Part shown: piece by piece, positions 31,410 to 45,327 of the stretch
Numbering within the stretch: the stretch's first letter is position 1
Layout of the letters: every line of letters begins with the position of its first letter
Assembly (NCBI GenBank): GCA_964291625.2
Contig: OZ220089.1
Location: forward strand, 2,880,001-2,944,000
DNA from: Candidatus Latescibacterota bacterium
GTDB taxonomy: Bacteria; Latescibacterota; UBA2968; UBA8231
Length of the DNA stretch: 64,000 nt
Direction: 5' to 3'
Program-made: the position numbers and the translations under genes
Notes under the pieces: model-generated
Told to the model about the DNA's origin: nothing
Database searches by the model: none
The model's input: the letters and a program-made list of their open reading frames with translations, nothing else

Positions 31410-33200
31410 GTGAGCCAGTCAACCCAGCGCGGGACCTACCGGAGGATCGAGGGCATCCCGGCCTCGCCCGGGATCGCCATCGGCAAGGCCTTCACCCACC
31501 GGGTGGAGAGTCCCGCCGCCGGCTCGCCGAGGAGGATCCCCGCCCATCGCGTGGAGGCCGAGGTGGGCCGCTTCCGCGCCGCCCTGGAGGCGGTGGCCGG
31601 TGACGTGCGCCGCACCCGCCAGCGCGTCGAGCACGAGCACGGGACCGACCTGGCGCTGATCTTCGACGCCCAGCTGGCCATGCTCGAGGACGTGCAGGTC
31701 CGCGACGCGACCATCGAGCGCATCCGCTCCGCCAAGCGCTCGGCCGAGGGGGCCTTCGCCGCGACCATGGGCGCCCTTCGCCGGGAGTTCGAGAAGATCG
31801 ACAACGAGTACCTGCGCGCCCGGGTGGGGGACCTCAAGGACATCGAGCAGCAGGTCCTCGTGCACCTGGCGGGGGGCGGCTTCTCCGGCCTGCAGACGCT
31901 GCGCTCCAACACCGTGATCGTCGCCCGCGACCTGCTGCCTTCCGAGGCCGCCCAACTGGCCCGGCGGCTGGTAACGGGCCTGGTCACCGACGTGGGAGGA
32001 GAGACGTCCCACACCAGCATCATCGCCCGTTCTCTCGGTCTGCCCACCGTGGTCGGCACGGGGGAGGCTTCCTGGGCGGTGCGCGCCGGGGATCTGCTGG
32101 TCGTCGACGGCGACGAGGGCACGGTGCACGTGCGTCCCGACGCGGCGACCCTGCGCCGTTTCCGGACCCGCCGCCGGCGGCAGCTGCGCCGCGAGCGGGA
32201 GCTGAGCCGGCGGGCGGACCTGCCCACGGTGACCCGCGACGGCGAGGAGGTGGTGCTCCTGGCCAATCTCGACCTGCCCCAGGAGATCGACCTGGCGGTG
32301 CGCAACGGCGCCCGGGGAGTGGGCATGCTCCGCACCGAGTTCCTGTATCTCGGATACGGGTTGCCGTCGGAGGCCGACCAGTTCGACTGCTATTCCAGGA
32401 TCGTCAAGGCCATGGCGCCGCAGCCGGTGGTGGTCCGCACCATCGACCTCGGGGGGGACAAGCTCATCCACGCCGTCGACTCCCCGCCGGAGGCCAACCC
32501 CTTTCTCGGCTGGCGGGGGATCCGCATCTGTCTCGACAACCCGGACCTGTTCAAGACCCAGCTGCGGGCCATCCTGAGGGCCGCCGTCCACGGCGAGACC
32601 CGCATCCTCCTGCCCATGATCTCCGGCCTGGAGGAGATCCGGCAGGCCCGGGAGATGATCGCCGAGACCGCGGACGAGTTGACCCGCGCGGGCGTCGACC
32701 ACAGGGCGGACTGCCGGGTGGGGGTGATGATCGAGGTGCCGTCGGCGGCGATCACCGCCGAGCAGCTGGCCGGGGAGGTCGACTTCTTCAGCCTGGGGAC
32801 CAACGACCTGGTCCAGTACACCCTGGCCGTCGACCGCGGAACGGCGCGCGTGGCCGAGCTCTACCAGCCCTTGCATCCGGCGGTCCTTCGCCTGATCCGG
32901 CAGGTCTCCGACGCCTCGCTGGCGGCCGGGATCCCGACCAGCATCTGCGGCGAGATGGTCGCTGATCCGGTGGCCGCCCTGCTGCTTCTGGGGCTCGGGG
33001 TGCGCCAGTTGAGCGTGAGTCCCCCCCAGATCCCGGAGGTCAGGGAGCTGCTGAGGGCCGCGGAGATCGGGCGGATGTCGGAGCTGGCCCGCCAGTGTCT
33101 GACCCTGACCTCGGCCCGGGAGGTTCGCGAACGGGTCGAGGCCGAGATGGCGGAGGTGCTGGCCGCCGCCCGTCCCCCCAGCGAGGAGGTGGAGGGATGA
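31410..33200 (+). CDS. ptsI: PEP-protein phosphotransferase (Enzyme I)
   Basis: [71 protein letters not shown]. Confidence 0.95.
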   Translation: MSQSTQRGTYRRIEGIPASPGIAIGKAFTHRVESPAAGSPRRIPAHRVEAEVGRFRAALEAVAGDVRRTRQRVEHEHGTDLALIFDAQLAMLEDVQVRDATIERIRSAKRSAEGAFAATMGALRREFEKIDNEYLRARVGDLKDIEQQVLVHLAGGGFSGLQTLRSNTVIVARDLLPSEAAQLARRLVTGLVTDVGGETSHTSIIARSLGLPTVVGTGEASWAVRAGDLLVVDGDEGTVHVRPDAATLRRFRTRRRRQLRRERELSRRADLPTVTRDGEEVVLLANLDLPQEIDLAVRNGARGVGMLRTEFLYLGYGLPSEADQFDCYSRIVKAMAPQPVVVRTIDLGGDKLIHAVDSPPEANPFLGWRGIRICLDNPDLFKTQLRAILRAAVHGETRILLPMISGLEEIRQAREMIAETADELTRAGVDHRADCRVGVMIEVPSAAITAEQLAGEVDFFSLGTNDLVQYTLAVDRGTARVAELYQPLHPAVLRLIRQVSDASLAAGIPTSICGEMVADPVAALLLLGLGVRQLSVSPPQIPEVRELLRAAEIGRMSELARQCLTLTSAREVRERVEAEMAEVLAAARPPSEEVEG

Positions 33201-33234
33201 CCGTGCATCGACCCAAGACGAGGAGAGGGAGGAA

Positions 33235-34395
33235 GTGAGTCACCTGTTTACATCCGAATCGGTCTCCGAGGGACATCCCGACAAGGTGGCCGATCAGATC
33301 TCGGATGCCGTTCTCGACGCCATGCTCGCCGGAGATCCCCACTCCCGCGTCGCCTGCGAGACCCTGGTCACCACCGGGCTCGTGGTCGTGGCCGGGGAGA
33401 TCACTTCCGCATCGCAACCCGACATCCAGGCCACGGTCCGCCAGGTCGTGGAGGATGTGGGCTACACCGATCCCGCCTACGGCTTCGACTCCCGCTCCTG
33501 CGGCGTCGTCGTCGCCCTCGACAAGCAGTCCGCCGACATCTCCCAGGGAGTCACCGAGTCGGAAGGCCTGCACCCGGAGATGGGGGCCGGCGATCAGGGC
33601 ATGATGTTCGGCTTCGCCTGCCGCGAGACCCCGGAGCTGATGCCCCTGCCCATCACCCTTTCCCACCGCATCCTGCAGCATCACGCCCGCCTTCGGAGAG
33701 AGGGAGCCGTCGGCTACCTGCGGCCCGACGCCAAGTCGCAGGTCACCGTGGAGTACGAAGGCCTCGAGCCGAGACGGATCGCCGCCGTCGTCCTGTCGAC
33801 GCAGCACGACCCGGACGTTGAGCACTCCCGCATCCGGAGCGACATGATCGCCGAGATCCGGAAGGTCCTCCCCGACCACCTCCTCGGCCCGGACACGGTC
33901 TATCACATCAATCCCACGGGCCGCTTCGTCGTCGGCGGCCCTCATGGCGACTGCGGCCTCACGGGGCGCAAGATCATCGTCGACACCTACGGCGGCGCCT
34001 GCCCCCACGGGGGCGGCGCGTTCTCCGGCAAGGACCCGACGAAGGTCGACCGAAGCGCCCACTACATGGCCCGCTACGTGGCCAAGAACCTGGTCGCCGC
34101 CGGGCTGGCCGGCCGCTGCCAGATCCAGCTGGCCTACGCCATCGGCGTCGCCCGTCCGGTGTCGATCCTGGTGAACACCTTCGGCACGGGCGAGGTGCTG
34201 AAGGACGGCGAGATGGAGGGGCTGATCCCCGAGGTCTTCGACCTGACGCCGCGGGGGATCATCGACCACCTGCGGCTGCGCCGCCCCATCTTCCGCAAGA
34301 CCGCGAACTACGGGCACTTCGGACGCGGCGACGACGACTTCACCTGGGAGAGGACCGACAAGGTTCCGGCCCTCAAGCAGGCCGCCGGGATCTGA
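33235..34395 (+). CDS. metK: S-adenosylmethionine synthase
   Basis: [55 protein letters not shown]. Confidence 0.98.
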   Translation: MSHLFTSESVSEGHPDKVADQISDAVLDAMLAGDPHSRVACETLVTTGLVVVAGEITSASQPDIQATVRQVVEDVGYTDPAYGFDSRSCGVVVALDKQSADISQGVTESEGLHPEMGAGDQGMMFGFACRETPELMPLPITLSHRILQHHARLRREGAVGYLRPDAKSQVTVEYEGLEPRRIAAVVLSTQHDPDVEHSRIRSDMIAEIRKVLPDHLLGPDTVYHINPTGRFVVGGPHGDCGLTGRKIIVDTYGGACPHGGGAFSGKDPTKVDRSAHYMARYVAKNLVAAGLAGRCQIQLAYAIGVARPVSILVNTFGTGEVLKDGEMEGLIPEVFDLTPRGIIDHLRLRRPIFRKTANYGHFGRGDDDFTWERTDKVPALKQAAGI

Positions 34396-34411
34396 GCCGC
34401 GGCTTCGGGCG

Positions 34412-36547
34412 ATGACCAGGGGCCGGGAGAGGGCATCCCCGCACATCCCCAGGGGGGCCGCCTGCGCCCGGCCTGGTCGCGCCGCGGCGGCCGCCGCTCT
34501 CGCGGCGCTCATCGCCGCCGGCTGCGCCGTGGAGAAGCCCCAGGTTCCCAGGTCGTCGATCGTCCTCCGCGTTCCGGTGGCCAACGACACGACGGCCCTC
34601 TCCGAGATCGTCGCCGAGGAGACGGACTATCTCGCCCTCCGCGACGACGGCAGCATCGCCCTGCGCTACGATCGCGAGTTCAGCGACCTCGAGGGCCGCT
34701 CCGAGGTCGGCGGCCGCCTCGCCGTCACCCCCGATCCCGCCCGCTTCGCCGCTCCCCTCGGGGAGATCGCCGTCGCCGGCCGGGAGATCGTCCTGCCCCC
34801 GATCACCGCCGGGGAGTTCCTGCCCGCGGAGCTCCTCGGGCAGGAGATCCGGGTCCCCGAGGAGACCTCGCTCTCCGGCCTCGAGCTGGAGCTGCCCCTG
34901 CCGGGGGTCGAGTCCCTCGAGGTGGCCTCGGGGAGCCTGACCCTGACCATCGCCAACGGCCTGCCCCTGGCTTTCGTCGATCTGGAGCTGGCCCTGCTCG
35001 ACCGGGGCCGCACGGTGCAGACGGCAGAAGTGCGCCGCATCGACGCCGGGGGCACCGGGGCCGCGGTCTTCGACCTCGCCGACCGGCGGATCTCGGGGAA
35101 CCTGATCCTTCTCCTGGAGAGCGCCCGGCTGGAGGCGCCGGAGGAGACCGTCACCCTGCGCGCGGAGGACGCCCTCGGCATCACCTTCGGCCTGAGCCGC
35201 CTGGGGGTGCGCGAGGCCACCGCCCCCATCGAGCCCCAGGTGGTGGCACCCGCCGAGCCCGCCGCGCTCCCCCTCCCGGGGGACCGCCTGCGGCTGACGC
35301 GGGCCCTGATCGAGAGTGGCCGCCTGAGCCTGGTGGTGACCAACGAGCTGCCGGTGGCGATGGACGTGACCCTGGCGCTGCCCGAGGTGGCCGACGAGGC
35401 GACCGGGGTCTCGCCGGCCGGGGTCATCGACGGGCTTGGCGCGGGAGTTTCCCGGGAGGTCGTGATCCCCCTCGACGGCCACCTCTTCCGGCCGGAGGAT
35501 CCCCTGGAGATGCGCGTCGCGTACACGGGCCGCACGCACCGGTCGGAGGCGGCGGTGACCCTGCGCTCGGAAGCGGCGCTGACCGTCGAGGCGGTCCTGG
35601 GAGAGCTGACCTTCCGCGAGGTCAGCGGCCGGTTCGATCGCCTTCAACTGCCCGCGATCGAGCCGCGGACGCGGTACATCGACCTGCCCGCGGGAGCCGA
35701 CACGATCAACGCCGTGGCCTTCGACTCGGCGGGCATGAGGGTGACCTACACCAGCGCCGTGGGCGTGCCCGGGCGCCTGGCCCTCCGCGTCGTCGGGACC
35801 GACTCGGCGATTCCGGACTCGGCAGGGCTCGAGCGGACCTTGCAGCTGCACATCGACACCGAGGCGGGCTCACCGGCCGACCCGGTGACGCGCTCGATCG
35901 ATGTCGCACCCGGCCGGCTCACCCCCTTCCTCGACTTCCTGCCCACCCGGATCACCGTGCACACGGACTCCATCCTCATCGGCGCGGGGTTCGAGGGGGA
36001 CACCTCCCGGGTCGCCGCCGATCACTGGATCCGCCTCGACAGGGTGGCCTTCGAGGCCCCCGCCCGCCTGCTGGCCGACACCTCCTGGTTCGAGAGCAGC
36101 CCGCGCTCCCAGGGGGCTTTCACCGACGCCGAGGCCCGGCGGCGGATCAACGCCAACATCGAGGGGGCCCTGGTGACCACGACGGTCCTGAACAAGACCC
36201 CCCTGGCCATCGGCGTGCGCCTGTTCACCGCCTACGACCCCGGCCTCGTGTTCTCCGATCCGATCCTCACTCTTCCCAAGGAGGACGGGCAGTACTTCGG
36301 CGTCGACCCGGACGCGCCCGGCATCCGCCAGGTCTCCCTGAGCGCCGACGACCTGCGCCTGCTCCTGGACATCGATCCCGCCGACCCGGGACCCGCCGAC
36401 CCCGACAGCCGGGTGCGGACCCTGTACAGCGGGGTCAAGGTGCGCCTGGCGTCGCCCACATGGGACACGATCCATGGCGACGACATCGTCGTCGTCCAGG
36501 CGCAGGCCGAGATCTTCATCGAGCTCAACGAGTCCCTCGTCGAATGA
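34412..36547 (+). CDS. Large beta-rich lipoprotein, function unknown (start may lie further downstream)
   Basis: Lipobox LIAAGC; repeated beta-sandwich-like segments (LTIANGLP, LVVTNELP, VTYTSAVG, TVLNKTP). Confidence 0.65.
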   Translation: MTRGRERASPHIPRGAACARPGRAAAAAALAALIAAGCAVEKPQVPRSSIVLRVPVANDTTALSEIVAEETDYLALRDDGSIALRYDREFSDLEGRSEVGGRLAVTPDPARFAAPLGEIAVAGREIVLPPITAGEFLPAELLGQEIRVPEETSLSGLELELPLPGVESLEVASGSLTLTIANGLPLAFVDLELALLDRGRTVQTAEVRRIDAGGTGAAVFDLADRRISGNLILLLESARLEAPEETVTLRAEDALGITFGLSRLGVREATAPIEPQVVAPAEPAALPLPGDRLRLTRALIESGRLSLVVTNELPVAMDVTLALPEVADEATGVSPAGVIDGLGAGVSREVVIPLDGHLFRPEDPLEMRVAYTGRTHRSEAAVTLRSEAALTVEAVLGELTFREVSGRFDRLQLPAIEPRTRYIDLPAGADTINAVAFDSAGMRVTYTSAVGVPGRLALRVVGTDSAIPDSAGLERTLQLHIDTEAGSPADPVTRSIDVAPGRLTPFLDFLPTRITVHTDSILIGAGFEGDTSRVAADHWIRLDRVAFEAPARLLADTSWFESSPRSQGAFTDAEARRRINANIEGALVTTTVLNKTPLAIGVRLFTAYDPGLVFSDPILTLPKEDGQYFGVDPDAPGIRQVSLSADDLRLLLDIDPADPGPADPDSRVRTLYSGVKVRLASPTWDTIHGDDIVVVQAQAEIFIELNESLVE

Positions 36548-37929
36548 CCGCTTCCGCCGCCGCCCGCCTCCTCCTCCTCGCCCTCTCCGCGTTTGCCACG
36601 GGAGCCTTCGGCGTCGTCGGGGACAGCTCTCCCCGGGCCCTCGCTCTCGGGCGTTCGTACACGGCCCTGGCCCGGGGTCCCGAGGCCGCCTTCTGGAACC
36701 CCGCCAACCTTGGCCTGAGGACCAGTCCGCGCTTGAAGTGGGAGATCCTGGGGGCCGGCCTTGGCCTGGTGGCCGAGAACAACGCCTTCTCGGTGAAGGC
36801 CTACAACGATCACTTCACCGACGATCAGCACGTCCTCACCGACCGCGACAAGCAGGACCTGCTCGGCGAGATCCCGGGGAGCGGCCTCGGGTTCAACCTC
36901 GACCTCATGCCTTCGGTCATCGCCGGCCTTCCCCTCAACGGCGGCGCCGCCTTTGCCATGCCCTGGGGGATCCATGCCGCCGTCACCACCGGCCTGGCCG
37001 TGGGCGTCGAGGGCGAGCTGCCGAAGGACATCTTCCACTTGATGTTCTACGGCAACGAGTTCGACCGCCCCTACGACATCTCCGACTGGGACGGTTCCGG
37101 CTGGGGCGTGGCGAGCCTCAACTGGTCGGGCGCCCGGCCGTGGCTGCCGCCGGAGCTGGAGCCCTACCTGGGGGAGTTCTCCCTCGGCCTGACCCTCAAG
37201 CTTCTCGGCGGCGCCTACGGCGAGGTGGTGGAGACCAGCGGCGTCCTCGAGGTCCTTCCCGTGGGGGCGGAGCTGGACGACCTGCAGGGCCTGGCCCAGT
37301 ACGCCGGCGGCCTCGGGTTCGGCATCGACCTCGGCGTCGCCGGAGTGACCCGGGACCACCGCACGACCTTCGGCCTCGGCGTGCTGAACCTGCTCGACAC
37401 CATGACCTGGGGCATCGCGGCGCACCAGGACTCCTTCTACGCCGCCGCCAGCGGCCTCCGGGTGACCCGGCTCCTCGACGTGGAGAACATCTGGGACATC
37501 GTCGACAAGGCCGACCTCAACGGGGACGGCGTGGAGGAACACCTGGAGAGGGTCGGCGAGCGGAGCTTCTCGCGGTCCCTGCCGGCCCTGGTGCGCGTCG
37601 GCGTGGCCCGCCGACAGACCTCGCAGCTGACCCTGCTCGGCAACTACGATCAGGCCCTGAGCGAAGGGTTCGGGCTGACGACGGCGCCCAGGATCTCCCT
37701 GGGTGCGGAATACCGGCTGGTATCCTGGTTCCCGGCGCGCTCGGGCATCTCCCTCGGGGGCCGCGGCTCCAGCACCGGCGTCGGCTTCGCTTTCGGACCC
37801 TTCACCATCGGCGGCATGGAGCTGGAGCTCTTCGACTTCGCCTACGCAACCCGGGGGGGGCTGGTGCCCGGCTCCTCCAAAGGCTCGGCCCTGTCCCTCG
37901 GGTTCTTTCGGTTCAGCCTCGTCAACTGA
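36544..37929 (+). CDS. Putative outer-membrane beta-barrel (FadL/PorV/DUF5723-like)
   Basis: ATGA overlap; signal peptide; N-terminal PRALALG..YTALARG..AAFWNPANL motif typical of FadL/PorV-like barrels; GFGIDLG; SLGAEYR. Confidence 0.7.
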   Translation: MTASAAARLLLLALSAFATGAFGVVGDSSPRALALGRSYTALARGPEAAFWNPANLGLRTSPRLKWEILGAGLGLVAENNAFSVKAYNDHFTDDQHVLTDRDKQDLLGEIPGSGLGFNLDLMPSVIAGLPLNGGAAFAMPWGIHAAVTTGLAVGVEGELPKDIFHLMFYGNEFDRPYDISDWDGSGWGVASLNWSGARPWLPPELEPYLGEFSLGLTLKLLGGAYGEVVETSGVLEVLPVGAELDDLQGLAQYAGGLGFGIDLGVAGVTRDHRTTFGLGVLNLLDTMTWGIAAHQDSFYAAASGLRVTRLLDVENIWDIVDKADLNGDGVEEHLERVGERSFSRSLPALVRVGVARRQTSQLTLLGNYDQALSEGFGLTTAPRISLGAEYRLVSWFPARSGISLGGRGSSTGVGFAFGPFTIGGMELELFDFAYATRGGLVPGSSKGSALSLGFFRFSLVN

Positions 37930-38004
37930 AGTCGCCGGCGCGTTGCCGGCCCACGGCGCGCGCCGCTACCTTTCCGGGCCCTGCGGCAGGAGGAGAGTCT
38001 ACCT

Positions 38005-38841
38005 ATGAGCAAGCAGAAGCAGGACAACGCCCACGGCGCGGACGGGGACATCTACAGGAAGGACGGCCGCCTGAAGGGCGGGTTCTACGAGAGCGAGCTG
38101 CAGCGGCTGCAGAACGAGCTCGTCAACCTCCAGTACTGGATCAAGGACCGCGACCTGCGGGTGGTCCTCGTCTTCGAGGGCCGCGGAGGGGCCGGCAAGG
38201 GCGGGGCGATCCAGCGCATCATCGAGCCCCTCAACCCCCGGGGCTGCCGCGTCGTGGCCCTGGCCAAGCCCTCGGACCGCGAACGCTCGCAGTGGTACTT
38301 CCAGCGCTATGTCTCCCACCTGCCGTCGGCAGGTGAGATGGTGATCTTCGACCGCAGCTGGTACAACCGCTCCGGTGTGGAGAAGGTAATGGAGTTCTGC
38401 ACCGACAGGCAGTACCGCGAGTTCCTGCGCTCCTGCCCCGAGTTCGAGCGCATGCTGGTGCGCGACGGCATCATCCTTCTCAAGTACTGGTTTTCCGTCG
38501 GCGCCGAGGAGCAGGAAAAGCGCTTCCAGGCGCGCGCCGCGCAGGCCAGGAAACGCTGGAAGCTGAGCGCCATCGACCTGGCCGAGCGCGACCGCTGGGT
38601 CGACTTCTCCCGGGCCAAGGACGAGACCTTCTTCTACACCGACATCGAGGAGGCGCCGTGGAGGGTGGTCCTCTCGGACGACAAGAAGAAGGCGCGGCTG
38701 AACTGCATTCGCGACATCCTCAAGGCCATCCCTCACGAGGACATCACGCCCCCCGAGGTGGCCCTGCCGCCGCGCGCCGAAGGCGAGCCGTACCAGCGTC
38801 CGCCGCGCGAGGAGCAGCACTTCGTCCCCGAAGTCTACTGA
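38005..38841 (+). CDS. ppk2: Polyphosphate kinase 2, class I-like, with a variant Walker A
   Basis: AGGAGGAG RBS; VFEGRGGAGKGG, LNPRG, QWYFQRY, FDRSWYNR, KYWF, WKLS, DKKKARLNCI. Confidence 0.92.
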   Translation: MSKQKQDNAHGADGDIYRKDGRLKGGFYESELQRLQNELVNLQYWIKDRDLRVVLVFEGRGGAGKGGAIQRIIEPLNPRGCRVVALAKPSDRERSQWYFQRYVSHLPSAGEMVIFDRSWYNRSGVEKVMEFCTDRQYREFLRSCPEFERMLVRDGIILLKYWFSVGAEEQEKRFQARAAQARKRWKLSAIDLAERDRWVDFSRAKDETFFYTDIEEAPWRVVLSDDKKKARLNCIRDILKAIPHEDITPPEVALPPRAEGEPYQRPPREEQHFVPEVY

Positions 38842-38906
38842 ACCGCGGCCCCCGGGGCCGCCGGAAGCCCCCTGAGACGCCAGGACTTCCGGTCACCCAC
38901 CCCGGG

Positions 38907-38961
38907 TGCCTGATCGGCATGGCCAGAGCCTCTCTTCCTGGTCGGATCTGCCGATCAGGCA
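38907..38961. promoter_or_regulatory. 13-bp perfect inverted repeat, candidate activator/repressor site upstream of clpB
   Basis: TGCCTGATCGGCA (38907-38919) and its exact reverse complement TGCCGATCAGGCA (38949-38961). Confidence 0.6.
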
Positions 38962-38973
38962 GGATAGCGCCTT

Positions 38974-38989
38974 GGGTACGGCTTTTGCA
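38974..38989 (+). promoter_or_regulatory. Sigma54-type -24/-12 promoter for clpB
   Basis: GGGTACG-GCTT-TTGCA; GG (38975-76) and GC (38987-88) are separated by exactly 10 nt. Confidence 0.6.
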
Positions 38990-39013
38990 CCATCGCCGCT
39001 GTCACCAGGAGCG

Positions 39014-41647
<2,634 letters not shown>

Positions 41648-41721
41648 GAGCCGGCGGGAACCGCGGCCGGGTGCCTTCGTCCTAGTAACTTCGAACCCTT
41701 GAGAGAAGAGGTGACAGCACG

Positions 41722-43152
<1,431 letters not shown>

Positions 43153-43212
43153 GTCCAACCCTCCTGCGGACGGCCCCTTGACGGCGCCGACGGCAATCCC
43201 GTTCTACCGTCC

Positions 43213-45327
43213 GTGAGCCATCGACCCATCCGACGCGGCGGCGGCAGCGGCGCGCTCCTGCTGCGCCGCCGCCTGGCCCTCGAGGGGCCTTGCCGCGGCG
43301 GCCGGCTGCGAATCGCCGCCAACGCCCCCGTGCAGCTCTACGTGGACGGCCTGCGGGTCGGGGGCGCCCCCGGCGGCGCCCTCGCCGAGCGCCCCCTGTG
43401 GCAGCCCCTGGTCCTGGGAGGCGTGCTGGAGGCCGGCACCCACGAGATGCTCGCCGTCGTCGGGTCACCCCCCGACGGCCAGGCTCCGTGGTTCGCCTGC
43501 CGTGGCCGTCTCAAGGGGGTGGCCAGTGGTCCCGCTCAACCCGTCGAATCCGACCTCCGCTGGCAGGCCTTCCCGCTGGCCGGCGGCGAGGGCTTCTCGG
43601 CCCTCGATGATCCCCCGGCGGAGGAGGACTGGGAGGGCGTCGAGACCGCCCCGGGAATCGAGGTGCAGGGCGAGGCACCGCGGGCCGACGAGCGGCTGAC
43701 GGCCGCCCGGGGCTTCGCGGTCTTCGAGGAGACCCTGTCCGGCGGCGGCCTCTCCTTCACGCCGGCCTCCGTGGGGCCGGGGGGCTGCAAGTGCGTCCAT
43801 CGCGACCAGCTGCTGGCCCTGACGGGGCGGACCTCGGTGCTCACCGGCAACCATCGGGCCGTCGCCTTCGTCCTCGACTTCGGGCGGATCGTCACCGGCT
43901 ATCCGTGTCTGCGTCTGCGCGAGGGGCGAGGCGGTGTCGTCGAGATCGGCGCCGCAGCCGCCTGGGGGCGTATCGACCACGGGCTGCGCTACGTCTGCGC
44001 CTCCGGCCGGCAGGAGTGGTACGGGCTGACGCCGGTGCGTTGCCGCTACCTGGTGGTGCGCCTGAGCGGATTCACGGAGGAGGTCGAGGTCGAGCGCCTG
44101 GCCCTGAGCGAGCGCTTCGTCGCCGCCGAGGGAGAGGCCGCCCTGGCCGTCGCCCCCGGCCATGACCTGGCTTGGGAGACGGGCCCCCCCTCCCTTCAGG
44201 GCAGCCGCCTCGACGCCTACGTCACCGATCCGCCGCCGGCGGCGTGCGACTGGTGGGGGACCCGCGCCCTGCTGTTGGCCGACGCCGTGCGCACCGGCCA
44301 CCTCGCCGCCGGCCGCGCCACCCTCCTGGGGCGGGCCCCGGACCCCCTCCGCCCCCTGGCCGGGGACCGCCCCTTCCCGGTCTGTCTCGAGGCCTACCAC
44401 GACTACTCGGGCGACGCCGACACCCTGGGACGGCTGCTTCCCACCGCTGTCGAGACCGCCCTTCGCGGGCCCGATGCCGATGCCGGCGCCGCGTCCCTGG
44501 CCGCGGCGGCGGCCGCCGCCGGCGCCGCGGAGCGGCTCTGCCGGCGGGCCGGGGAGGATGCCGACGCCGGGCGCTGCCGAGAGGCGGCCGACTCGGCCCG
44601 GGCCGGCCTGGAGAGGCTGTGGCGGCCCGAGCAGGGTCTCTACGCCGAGGGCCCCGGGGGCGGCTTCAGCCAGCGCGCCAACGCGCTGGTCCTGGCCGCC
44701 GACGCCGCCCCCGGGGACCGGTCGGCGCACATGGCCGCGGCCCTGCGAGACCCCGGGGTGGCTCCGGTGGCGGGACTGACCGAGGCGGTGCTGCTGGCCG
44801 AGGGGCTCTGGCGCTCGGGGCACGGGGCGCGCGCCCTGGAGGTGATCGACACCTGGTGGCTGCGGATCGTGGGCCGCGAAGGCTCCACCTGGCGCGACAA
44901 GCGGGGACCGGAGGCGGACGTGGCGGCCCCAGGCCCCGACTACCTTCTCGGCAGGTTCCTCCTCGGCATCTCGCCGACGGAGCCGGGCTTCGCGCGCCGC
45001 CGGGTGGAGCCCGCCCTGTCCCTGGCCGACGGCGCCCGGGGCCGGCTGCCCACGGCGGCGGGGGACCTCGCTGTCGAGTGGCGTACCGGCGAAGTGGAAG
45101 GCGTGCGGCGAACGACGGTTCGACTCCAGGCGTGCGGCGCCGGCCAGACGGAGCTGGTTCTCGAGCGGGGCGGCCGTCCACGACCGACGCTGAGCGTCGA
45201 CGGCGAGGTGGTCTGGCGCAACGAGAAGCTCTACCCCAACGCGAGCGTCCGCGAGACCGCTGCCGGTCCGCAGGCGGTGACCCTCCTCTTTCCGGGAGCG
45301 GGCGCCTGGGAGGTGATCCTCGAATGA
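43213..45327 (+). CDS. Degenerate alpha-L-rhamnosidase (GH78)-like protein
   Basis: Domain order resembles GH78: LYVDG..VG, VLDFGRIVTGYP.L, RYLVV, SQRANAL, LGISPTEPGF....VEP, G.LPT..G.L.VEW. The catalytic-motif region looks eroded. Confidence 0.6.
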   Translation: MSHRPIRRGGGSGALLLRRRLALEGPCRGGRLRIAANAPVQLYVDGLRVGGAPGGALAERPLWQPLVLGGVLEAGTHEMLAVVGSPPDGQAPWFACRGRLKGVASGPAQPVESDLRWQAFPLAGGEGFSALDDPPAEEDWEGVETAPGIEVQGEAPRADERLTAARGFAVFEETLSGGGLSFTPASVGPGGCKCVHRDQLLALTGRTSVLTGNHRAVAFVLDFGRIVTGYPCLRLREGRGGVVEIGAAAAWGRIDHGLRYVCASGRQEWYGLTPVRCRYLVVRLSGFTEEVEVERLALSERFVAAEGEAALAVAPGHDLAWETGPPSLQGSRLDAYVTDPPPAACDWWGTRALLLADAVRTGHLAAGRATLLGRAPDPLRPLAGDRPFPVCLEAYHDYSGDADTLGRLLPTAVETALRGPDADAGAASLAAAAAAAGAAERLCRRAGEDADAGRCREAADSARAGLERLWRPEQGLYAEGPGGGFSQRANALVLAADAAPGDRSAHMAAALRDPGVAPVAGLTEAVLLAEGLWRSGHGARALEVIDTWWLRIVGREGSTWRDKRGPEADVAAPGPDYLLGRFLLGISPTEPGFARRRVEPALSLADGARGRLPTAAGDLAVEWRTGEVEGVRRTTVRLQACGAGQTELVLERGGRPRPTLSVDGEVVWRNEKLYPNASVRETAAGPQAVTLLFPGAGAWEVILE

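Noticed and set aside
31129-33200. HPr and Enzyme I without an EII permease as a novel system
   Set aside because: Incomplete, regulatory PTS gene sets are well known, and EII genes could lie outside the window.
33200-33235. SAM riboswitch before metK, or lysine riboswitch before lysA
   Set aside because: The leaders are too short and lack the consensus elements.
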